Source of the DNA: an uncultured Spirochaetota bacterium
Lineage (GTDB): Bacteria > Spirochaetota > Brevinematia > Brevinematales > JAOACQ01
Direction: 5' to 3'
Assembly: GCA_963835575.1 (NCBI GenBank)
Contig: CAWIGG010000003.1
Coordinates: forward strand, 32,001-96,000
Length of the DNA: 64,000 nucleotides
In this document: positions 1-7,704 of the stretch, piece after piece
Numbering within the stretch: position 1 is the stretch's first letter
Layout of the letters: each line of letters opens with the position of its first letter
Made by a program: the position numbers and the translations under genes
The notes under the pieces: generated by a model
Told to the model about the DNA's origin: nothing
The model's input: only the letters and a program-made list of their open reading frames with translations
The model's database searches: none

Positions 1-102
1 AAGGGCGTGGAAAGCATTCTTCAGTCGCTGGAAATCATATCAAAAAACATGGACAGCCTTTCAGACGGCAGCAAAAAAATCCTTTCGGTCATGAACCGCT
101 AA
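1..102 (+). CDS. 3' end of a gene entering from the left, possibly a methyl-accepting chemotaxis protein C-terminus
   Basis: Frame 1 reads KGVESILQSLEIISKNMDSLSDGSKKILSVMNR* with coiled-coil character; truncated by the window edge. Confidence 0.4.
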   Translation, partial: KGVESILQSLEIISKNMDSLSDGSKKILSVMNR

Positions 103-105
103 AAC

Positions 106-570
106 CTATAATGGTGAAAAAGATACTTGAGCGCTGGAATTGGTGATCACCATCTGGTCGTTGTACGCCCAGACTGCCCAGTAATAAGTAACACCTGATG
201 ATAATGAAGGAGCCGCAGAGGATGTTAATACCCCGCCGCTGACCAGTTTAAAATTAGCGTAATCAACATTGCCGGCCGAACCGGTCAATCCGGTCGTCCA
301 CATGGCAAAACAGTCGTTCTTATTCTGGATCTGCTTGCCGTTAACGACAATGCTGTTTTTGAATACTCCGACCACTTCATAACTGAGCCCTGTCGCCTTC
401 CAGACAAATGTCGGCGATAAAGATGCACTGGAACCGGACGGGCCGGTTGTCTCTATCAATACCGTCCCTGAAAAGATCGGGTTTTCCGGTTCAAACGGGG
501 AATTCTGACAGGAAATTAATAAAGCGATAATTGAAATCAATAATAAATATAATAAAATCTTTGTTTTCAT
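106..570 (-). CDS. Putative lipoprotein with an Ig/fibronectin-like beta-rich domain
   Basis: Hydrophobic N-terminus ending LISC (lipobox); TYYWAVWAY motif; GGAGG RBS upstream. Confidence 0.7.
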   Translation of the reverse strand: MKTKILLYLLLISIIALLISCQNSPFEPENPIFSGTVLIETTGPSGSSASLSPTFVWKATGLSYEVVGVFKNSIVVNGKQIQNKNDCFAMWTTGLTGSAGNVDYANFKLVSGGVLTSSAAPSLSSGVTYYWAVWAYNDQMVITNSSAQVSFSPL

Positions 571-594
571 ATTATTCCTCCTTATAACCGTCCT

Positions 595-1878
595 TTAGAA
601 TCCGATGCGGATCCCGCAGCCGATCAGTATATTTTGAAGCGACATCTGTTTGGGCGCAAGAGTATAATCACCGAATAAATTAAATTGCTTTTCATTTAAT
701 GTCACATTTCCCATATTGTGATAGATCGCCTCTATAAAAATAGAAAACCGGTTGACCGGGAAAAAGTTAAATCCGATGATGCCCTTCCAGTAAAAGGCGG
801 TTTGGTTCAGTTGATAGTCCGGATTACTGATAATAGTAAACCCCAGCCCCGCGCCGGCATAAGGCGAGACAAAGGTCGAAGCGGGGAAAAGATAATACTT
901 TAATAAAACGTCCGCCCGGTGGTAATAAAGGACCATATTCTGCTCAAAAACCTTGCCGGGCGCTGTTTTATCCTGATAATTATGAAAAAATATTATCGCG
1001 CCGTATTCCAATCCGAAAGCGAAATTGCCGAAGAACCGTTCATAACCGAGCGCCCAGTCCAGCTGGTAATCGGGACTCAGGAGTTCAATCATGCGGGAAG
1101 AAGCATCGATCCTGTTCATGAATATTTTTTCCGCTTTTTTCTCAAGGATTATATTAAGGGAAGTATTTTGATTTTCATTGATATCAAAATCCGCTGACCT
1201 TATTTCATAATTTTCTTTAACAATTGTCGCGGAATATTTCCCTGTTCTCATTTTTTTCTCGCTGATTGGAGTCGTTCCCAGCGATTTATCCCCTATTTTC
1301 ACTTCCGCGCCCTGAGGCGTCGTGTCCAGGTTCAGAAACCCCGCTTTTTCCCCGGCAAGCCTGAGAATAATCGCGTCGGCCAGATCATTGATCCGGGCAA
1401 AAAGCTTATCCCCCACATCTTCGACAATCTTTTCAGCCATAATAACCTCACCGGTATCGATCCTGACAAGCCGCGCGTTCACTTCAATTTTGTTGTTCAA
1501 GGCCGAAAAGCTCCCCAGGATCAGATTGTCCGCCTTTGTCAGAAGCCCGATTGTTTTGCTGTCGTTTAAATCTTCTTCCACAAGTCCGGAAAGGCTGAGT
1601 TTTTTCTCTTCCATAATGTCCAGAAGCCTCTGCCTCTCCACGATATTGAATTTACCGCTTTTCTGCAGGCTTGTGGTCAGCGATTCGGCGATTGTCTTTT
1701 CCAGAAAATCATAGCCTGGATTTTTAGAAATGTTTTTAAAATCGGGAATCGCTATTGATATTTTATTGGTCGCGGCTGCGGATATTTTATTAGCTGATGC
1801 TGCCGCTGAATAAGCTGAGCTTTCATATAAAAGAAATAAAACGGCAATGTACAAAATATGTTTTATGTTCATAATCAA
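595..1878 (-). CDS. Secreted CsgG/FlgO(TolB_N)-like + PEGA domain + C-terminal outer-membrane beta-barrel protein
   Basis: Signal peptide; IAIPDF..VERQRL..VNARLVRIDTGEVI (CsgG-like); TTPQGAEV..LGTTP (PEGA); PYAGAGLG and terminal GIRIGF typical of barrels. Confidence 0.75.
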   Translation of the reverse strand: MIMNIKHILYIAVLFLLYESSAYSAAASANKISAAATNKISIAIPDFKNISKNPGYDFLEKTIAESLTTSLQKSGKFNIVERQRLLDIMEEKKLSLSGLVEEDLNDSKTIGLLTKADNLILGSFSALNNKIEVNARLVRIDTGEVIMAEKIVEDVGDKLFARINDLADAIILRLAGEKAGFLNLDTTPQGAEVKIGDKSLGTTPISEKKMRTGKYSATIVKENYEIRSADFDINENQNTSLNIILEKKAEKIFMNRIDASSRMIELLSPDYQLDWALGYERFFGNFAFGLEYGAIIFFHNYQDKTAPGKVFEQNMVLYYHRADVLLKYYLFPASTFVSPYAGAGLGFTIISNPDYQLNQTAFYWKGIIGFNFFPVNRFSIFIEAIYHNMGNVTLNEKQFNLFGDYTLAPKQMSLQNILIGCGIRIGF

Positions 1879-2130
1879 TCTCCTGATAATATTTAATCGA
1901 TTTATTATATTGCACAGACATGGCTCTTAAACGGCAACGGCAGCGATTTAATATTATTTTAACATTTAATTTCTTTATTTTAAAGTAATAATTAAAAATA
2001 TCATTAATAAAATCCCGGTCTCATAATAATCCCGGCTTTATAAATAGTCAAGGGAAATACTGTTGCCAATATAAATAATCATAAGACCGTTATTTTTTAA
2101 TTAATATAAGACAAACCGAACGATTTTTTA

Positions 2131-2649
2131 TTATAACCGCTTCTCGATGATCATAAAAGACGCCATCCGGCAGAACGTATGACAGCCGGCCCTCTTTCCG
2201 ATGACAAAAGAACAGACAAGGAACAGCCCGATGATTGAATAATATATTCTGTAAACCCAGGGCTCCGAAACGGACACTCCCGAAGCCGTCAGAAAAAGAG
2301 GATCGATTTTTTTATTCCCCCGGCCAGGACATAAAATGTAATAATTGAGCCGAGTCATGGGACCCGGATCGGGTATTTTATCCAATTTACTTTTTTAATG
2401 GCCGGCTTAGCGTTAACCGCGAAACACCATTCCTGCAGCGCCCCGGTTGGGCAGGCAAACCCGCAGTATGCCCTGCCGGACACAAGGGAAAAAACAAAAA
2501 GAAGAATAAACACAATACTGCTCCCGATCAGCATTCCCTGCGAAGCCGCGTAGACCGAAAGAATGGGAGAAAAGAAGTAAAGCGTAACCGGAAGAAGCAG
2601 AAAAGAAATCATCCCCCGCCGCTTTTCTTATTCTTTGCCTCATATTCAT
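2131..2649 (-). pseudogene. Broken NapH/MauN/YccM-like membrane 4Fe-4S binding protein
   Basis: Three overlapping frames: MNMRQRIRK start, GRAYCGFACPTGALQE motif, then GKRAGCHTFC; no C-terminal ferredoxin part. Confidence 0.7.
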
Positions 2650-2658
2650 CTCTTATTT
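2624..2658. repeat. 35-bp direct repeat, copy A (copy B at 3553-3587)
   Basis: TTTCTTATTCTTTGCCTCATATTCATCTCTTATTT vs TTTCTGATTCTTTGCTGCATATTCACCTCTTATTT, 31/35 identical. Confidence 0.8.
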
Positions 2659-2762
2659 TATAGAAACGGCAGAAACCGTTTTATGCAAGATTTCAAATTC
2701 TTTACCGCATCAATCGAAATAAGACCCACGAGTTGAAACGATATATATCAATTTGCATTTAT

Positions 2763-3578
2763 TCATTTTTTTATTCCGACTATTAAATAACCATAACTGT
2801 TATAGACTTTATAATCTTTTACATCATCCAAACTATCCGGTATAGGAGGCCTTGGCTTTAAATACCCTGGATTCATCTTAATTAAAAATTTCTTTTTCCA
2901 TCCGTCGGGAATTTTATCTGAGGGAGCTTCATCGCCCCACGAAACAATACCTTTTTTCCTGACCACACGGATAAATTCATGTATTGCCTTTTCCGGTTCA
3001 TTATAAAGATTAACACTTCCGAAATGAAATATTGCATCGAAGCTGTTGTCATCAAAAGGCAGGTAGCTTCCATTCCCCTGAATTAAAAATGTATTTAATT
3101 GTTTTTGTTTTTTTCTGCATTGCCGCAGCATGCCCAGTGATAAATCTAATGCCACAAAATCCCCTTTGTCAGTAATAAGTTCTCTGAGATATGGCTGAAA
3201 AACCCCGGGGCCGGGAGATACTTCCAATATTCTCATGCCCGGTTTTAGCCCTAAGTAGGATACTGTTTCTTTCCAAGTTTTCCGCATATCCAGGCCGACT
3301 AAAAGTTTTCCGAAAAACCTCTCATTGATGTTATATAAGGGAGCAAACAAATCATAGAACTTGTTCCACTTTTTATCTTCCCCGGTTAGATTATGGGGAT
3401 ATGCTAATGATAATATTCCATCAATAATTGGATATTTGAATCCATCATTTCTTACAAGATATTTATTTTCAATTCTTAACGCTTCTTTTGTTTCCGGACA
3501 TCTTATTATTTCCAATAACCAGCCTGGATAATTTACTTTATTATCATCTTTATTTCTGATTCTTTGCTGCATATTCAC
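2763..3578 (-). CDS. Class I SAM-dependent methyltransferase (UbiE-like) with Trm112-like N-terminal domain
   Basis: IIRCP..YPIIDGI N-terminus; ILEVSPGPG motif I; LDLSLGML; LPFDDNSFDAI. Confidence 0.85.
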   Translation of the reverse strand: MNMQQRIRNKDDNKVNYPGWLLEIIRCPETKEALRIENKYLVRNDGFKYPIIDGILSLAYPHNLTGEDKKWNKFYDLFAPLYNINERFFGKLLVGLDMRKTWKETVSYLGLKPGMRILEVSPGPGVFQPYLRELITDKGDFVALDLSLGMLRQCRKKQKQLNTFLIQGNGSYLPFDDNSFDAIFHFGSVNLYNEPEKAIHEFIRVVRKKGIVSWGDEAPSDKIPDGWKKKFLIKMNPGYLKPRPPIPDSLDDVKDYKVYNSYGYLIVGIKK

Positions 3579-3587
3579 CTCTTATTT
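3553..3587. repeat. 35-bp direct repeat, copy B (padR stop + methyltransferase start)
   Basis: Matches 2624-2658 with 4 mismatches. Confidence 0.8.
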
Positions 3588-4130
3588 GTATTTTGTATTC
3601 AGAATTTTTTCCGCTTCATCGCACCAGTCCAGATAAGCCTGATAGACTTTTTCACCGAACAAAATCGTCATCAAAATATAAAGGTGGCTTTCATCCTTAT
3701 CAAGAATAGCTTTTAAGTCATTGCGGAATAAATTAAGAACGCTCAAGTTCTGCCTGTACCTATCACGGAAATCATGTATATAATTCAGAATATTATTTTT
3801 GTCCGTCAGGCTGCCAAAGTATATTTTCAGCAGTATTTCATACCTGGCCATCTCTTTAACCGGCGGGATGGAAAGCCATTTTTCCAATTCCAGACGCCCT
3901 GTCTGAGTTAAATCGTAGATAGTCTTCTGCCTTTTATTATTCTGTTTTGTTTTTTTACATATAATCAGCCCTTCATTCATGAGCTTTTTCAATTCCGGGT
4001 AAATCTGGCCGTAGCTTTCCTGCCAGAAATACTGGAACCGGATTTGAATATACTTTTTTATGTCATAGCCGGTTAAACCGCTTTCGCTTAAAAGCCCGAG
4101 GATCACATAACGCGTTTTTCTTTCATTCAT
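3582..4130 (-). CDS. PadR/AphA-family transcriptional regulator
   Basis: ILGLL..TGYDIKK..FWQESYGQIYPELKKL..YDLTQTGR; C-terminal WCDE helix. Confidence 0.92.
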   Translation of the reverse strand: MNERKTRYVILGLLSESGLTGYDIKKYIQIRFQYFWQESYGQIYPELKKLMNEGLIICKKTKQNNKRQKTIYDLTQTGRLELEKWLSIPPVKEMARYEILLKIYFGSLTDKNNILNYIHDFRDRYRQNLSVLNLFRNDLKAILDKDESHLYILMTILFGEKVYQAYLDWCDEAEKILNTKYK

Positions 4131-4926
4131 AAACCGGCCGCCCTTCCTCAGCCTGATAGGAAGGTAAACGGTCTATGCTTTTCCCGGCATGAACATCGGG
4201 CCTGCCTTTTACAAAAACTGCCTGCCCGGGACAGAATGCCGTACAGCGCATGCAGAATTCACAATAAGTTCCATGGACAGGCCAGTCTTCCATCCAGATA
4301 TTCTTGACCGGGCATTGCGCGATGCAGAGCCCGCATTGTTCACACTTATCTTTATCAACTTTCAATTTAAAGATCAGCCTCATGGAAACCCAGAGTAACG
4401 GCGTGTTCCTGGATAGCCATGAAACAAAAACCGGGCCTGAATTACGGCCTTCCCATTTTGTTTTCCCTTCAATAATGTCCGCGGCGAACTGCCTGACCCG
4501 GTTTGCGGCTTTTTTCAATCTTTCATTCCTCTGATTCTCATCATCAGGACCAATAATAAGATTGTTCGGCATACTGACCTCGCATGCCCCGGCAGGATCA
4601 TAGCCCTTTCTTTTTAATATTCTGTACAGAGGCTTTAAAAGCCCGCCTGATTCATTACATGTAACAATCAGAAATACCGGGGTCCCGTTTGATTTCGGAA
4701 GCGATTTAATGAACCTGTAGATAAAGGGCAGTGTGGACTGCGTATTCGCCGGTATCGCCAGACCGAGAATTTTTCCCTTCATTTCATCCGGATAGAGGGA
4801 TTGTTCTATGGGCAGTAAATTAACGGAAATCCCCTTTTCACTGAAAACTTCACGCATCTCATTGACAGCCGTCAGGGTATTGCCCGTTCCTGTAAAATAA
4901 TAAAACTCGATTAAATTTCCCTTCAT
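4123..4926 (-). CDS. EFR1-family ferredoxin (flavodoxin-like N-terminus + 2x 4Fe-4S)
   Basis: YFTGTGNT; CEQCGLCIAQCP and CEFCMRCTAFCP. Confidence 0.9.
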   Translation of the reverse strand: MKGNLIEFYYFTGTGNTLTAVNEMREVFSEKGISVNLLPIEQSLYPDEMKGKILGLAIPANTQSTLPFIYRFIKSLPKSNGTPVFLIVTCNESGGLLKPLYRILKRKGYDPAGACEVSMPNNLIIGPDDENQRNERLKKAANRVRQFAADIIEGKTKWEGRNSGPVFVSWLSRNTPLLWVSMRLIFKLKVDKDKCEQCGLCIAQCPVKNIWMEDWPVHGTYCEFCMRCTAFCPGQAVFVKGRPDVHAGKSIDRLPSYQAEEGRPVYE

Positions 4927-5047
4927 TTATTGATCTCCTAATAAATTTGTTTAACATGGCGCAAAATCGCGACCGGCACGGGTTGACGATGTTTTACGTG
5001 CCAATGGCCCGGCGTTTTTTTACCTCCCGAACGGCAAAAAAGACAAA

Positions 5048-5437
5048 TCATTTGATAATCTTCTTAATTATATAAGGGGTGATTAAATGAGATAACAATA
5101 CCAGAGTCCAGATATTTCCTCTCCATATTTTCCATCCCTCAAAAAGTTCACTTAAGCTCTTTTTTTGAATAACCAGAACCCCGATAAATTCAAAATTCAA
5201 TAAAAGTACAAGCCAGATTATTCCTAAAACAAGAAAAGAATTTATATCAAAGCTTCTAAATATAATAACAAGTATGTAAGAATAAATAATAATCAAAATA
5301 ATTTGCGGAACAAGATAAATCCAATGACCGTTTGAAAGATTGATTTTTAGCCCGTAGGCCAGAAAAGAATGAACGGCAATTCTCAATAAGGTTAAAATAA
5401 TCCAGGAGATAATTGAAACAATGATTATGATCCACAT
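5048..5437 (-). CDS. Small multi-pass membrane protein, unknown function
   Basis: About four hydrophobic segments; LGIIWLVLLLNFEF..G.IW pattern; GAAGGA RBS. Confidence 0.7.
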   Translation of the reverse strand: MWIIIIVSIISWIILTLLRIAVHSFLAYGLKINLSNGHWIYLVPQIILIIIYSYILVIIFRSFDINSFLVLGIIWLVLLLNFEFIGVLVIQKKSLSELFEGWKIWRGNIWTLVLLSHLITPYIIKKIIK

Positions 5438-5462
5438 ATATAATATTCCTTCAAAATTCTAT

Positions 5463-5508
5463 ATATATCTAATAGATATATTATACCAATAAATATTCAA
5501 TTTGTCAA
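5463..5508 (-). promoter_or_regulatory. Consensus sigma70 promoter with overlapping palindromic operator (likely PadR)
   Basis: Minus strand TTGACA (5503-5508), 17-bp spacer, TATAAT (5480-5485) preceded by TGG; palindrome ATATATCTA-A-TAGATATAT at 5463-5481. Confidence 0.8.
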
Positions 5509-5600
5509 CACAATTCCGATATTTTTTCCTGCCTGAAAAATATTTCTGTCCCGGGTTTAGAAACCGAATAGAATAAAATTAAAATTTATTTTCACTCCTC

Positions 5601-5629
5601 TTGATAAATTCTTCAGACTTCTTTATAAT
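5601..5629 (+). promoter_or_regulatory. sigma70 promoter for the RLAN/ATP-grasp operon
   Basis: TTGATA-N17-TATAAT. Confidence 0.7.
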
Positions 5630-5716
5630 TTCTCATTATATAATTTCAATTCACAATTAAGGAGGTATAAAAACTGCTATATCTGCAATACAACAAAGAT
5701 ATAGAAGAAATATTCT

Positions 5717-6349
5717 ATGAATGAGGTTTGGCTATTTAAGACCCATGAAGATTTGCTTGGGGAGGGTGAGTCTTTTTATAATCTCTACGGGGATTATACC
5801 TATCTGCTGGAAGGGTATTACGAAACCCTTCAAAGTCAATTAAGCGGCGTTAATATCCACCCCACCGCCGAAGAATGCCTGGACGCCTACATTATCGCTC
5901 TGGCTATGGAAAAGGCAAACATCAATAAAGTTCCCGTCCCGGAATATAAAATCGTAACGGATAAAACAAAAGTCGAATCTTTCCCGGTATTGGGCTACGC
6001 AATGAACCCCTTCTCCAACAATTCCTATATCATTGACAACCTGAAGTTTTACGACCATAAAATAAAATCTCTTACGCTGTCCGGAAAATATTTCGCGCTG
6101 CTGCAGAAAATCCCATCCGAGGACTACCGTCTCGATACGATCCGCTGCATACTTGGCAAAACAACAGTAAAGGAATACCAGGATTTCTCGATGGCGGCCT
6201 TCAAAGTATTCAAGGTACCGCTGATGAAAATAAAAGTGATTGTCACCCTGGAAAACTACTTTATGAGCGCTATCGAGCCGCTGGATTATGATACCCTGAC
6301 AATTAACGAAAAGAAAATGCTGGAGGGAATGGGACAATGGCAAAAATAG
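5717..6349 (+). CDS. RimK-like ATP-grasp N-terminal (RLAN) domain protein
   Basis: NLYGDYTYLLEGYY matches the RLAN-type NL..DY.YL..GYY motif; overlaps the start of the downstream ATP-grasp gene. Confidence 0.75.
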   Translation: MNEVWLFKTHEDLLGEGESFYNLYGDYTYLLEGYYETLQSQLSGVNIHPTAEECLDAYIIALAMEKANINKVPVPEYKIVTDKTKVESFPVLGYAMNPFSNNSYIIDNLKFYDHKIKSLTLSGKYFALLQKIPSEDYRLDTIRCILGKTTVKEYQDFSMAAFKVFKVPLMKIKVIVTLENYFMSAIEPLDYDTLTINEKKMLEGMGQWQK

Positions 6350-7230
6350 CGATTTTTACGGAAAGAAGCACACTCAGGATGGCGGCCGAGCTCAATTCAC
6401 TTTTTAATTTCAGGGAAGTCGCTTTTGAACTGGGGCATGATCTGGATTTTATTTTTAAAGATGATATCAAATATCTCAAGAATTACGACGCCATATTCAT
6501 CCGGGCTCTCACCGACCCTCTGAACAACAGCTATGTTGTCTCAAGGATGGCGGAACTGAATAAAATTCATGTGCTGGACAAATCATCGGACATCCGCATC
6601 TGCTCCGACAAGGTCAATATGTACCTTCACCTTCAGAAAGACAGCGTGCCGCACCCCTCAACGGTCTTTCTAAAAAACGACGAGGTAACGGTCGAAAACG
6701 CCCGCGATTTCTTCGAGGACATGGGCATTCCGCTGGTGCTGAAAGCGCCGAACTCCAGTTTTTCGGCTTATGTTGAGAAAGTGTCCTCTCCCGACGAGTT
6801 TGTCAGGATCGGAAAGAAATTCCTTCGGCGTTCCGACATCATCATTGTCCAGCAGTATCTTCCCAGCCGGTTCGACTGGCGCGTCGTTCTTCTGGACGGG
6901 AAGGTCATTTCAGTCGTGAAATACATTATGAACGCCAACGCCTGGAAGATCGTCGACCATGACCATGAAGGGAAACTCCTCGACTGCTCTGTCGAGGGAA
7001 TGGAGATCGGTCAGGTGAACCCGAAACTCATCGATACCGCTTTAAAGGCCGGCAATTCCATCGGCAAGGGTTTATACGGGGTTGATCTGAAGGAAGTTGA
7101 CAATGAGTTTTTCGTCATCGAGGTCAACGATAATCCGAATATAGATCAGGGACTTGAGGACCAGAAATCACCCTTAATATATGAATGGATCATCAAATAC
7201 CTGGTAGGAGAGCCGTTTGAAGGTCTATGA
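6337..7230 (+). CDS. RimK-family ATP-grasp ligase
   Basis: DAIFIR, C.DKV, PLVLKAPNSSFS, QQYLP..FDWRV, GLYGVDLK, VIEVNDNPNID. Confidence 0.9.
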   Translation: MAKIAIFTERSTLRMAAELNSLFNFREVAFELGHDLDFIFKDDIKYLKNYDAIFIRALTDPLNNSYVVSRMAELNKIHVLDKSSDIRICSDKVNMYLHLQKDSVPHPSTVFLKNDEVTVENARDFFEDMGIPLVLKAPNSSFSAYVEKVSSPDEFVRIGKKFLRRSDIIIVQQYLPSRFDWRVVLLDGKVISVVKYIMNANAWKIVDHDHEGKLLDCSVEGMEIGQVNPKLIDTALKAGNSIGKGLYGVDLKEVDNEFFVIEVNDNPNIDQGLEDQKSPLIYEWIIKYLVGEPFEGL

Positions 7231-7696
7231 GACGCTTTCATTCAGAGCGGCCGGAACAAAAGACTTTCATCTGATCTCCGAGATGGAAAAGAGATGCTTC
7301 AATCAGTACGATCTTTTTAAACCTCACCAGGTCCGCCGTTTTCTAAGCGATCCCGGCCGTTCCATCATCACTGACATCATTCTTTTAGATAATACGCCCA
7401 TCGGATGGGCGGCCTATTTTACCAGAAAGAATTCCAGGCTCATCCGTATGTATTCCATCTGCGTCCACCCGGACCATTCCGGAAAAGGTTATGCCCGAGA
7501 ATATCTTAATAAAAGACTTCTCTTATTTGAAAAAAAATACAGCGCCATGATCCTTGAAGTGCGCGCGTCAAACGGGAGGGCCATCCGCCTTTACGAAGGG
7601 CTCGGCTTTAAAGTCAAAAAAAAACTGCCCGGCTACTACCCCGATGATGAGGACGGCTTAAAAATGATAAAATATTTTAAGGAAAAATACCGATAA
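7217..7696 (+). CDS. RimI-like GNAT acetyltransferase
   Basis: YSICVHPDHSGKGYA; LEVRASNGRAIRLYEGLGF; YYPDDEDG. Confidence 0.88.
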   Translation: MKVYETLSFRAAGTKDFHLISEMEKRCFNQYDLFKPHQVRRFLSDPGRSIITDIILLDNTPIGWAAYFTRKNSRLIRMYSICVHPDHSGKGYAREYLNKRLLLFEKKYSAMILEVRASNGRAIRLYEGLGFKVKKKLPGYYPDDEDGLKMIKYFKEKYR

Positions 7697-7704
7697 GCTT
7701 ATCT

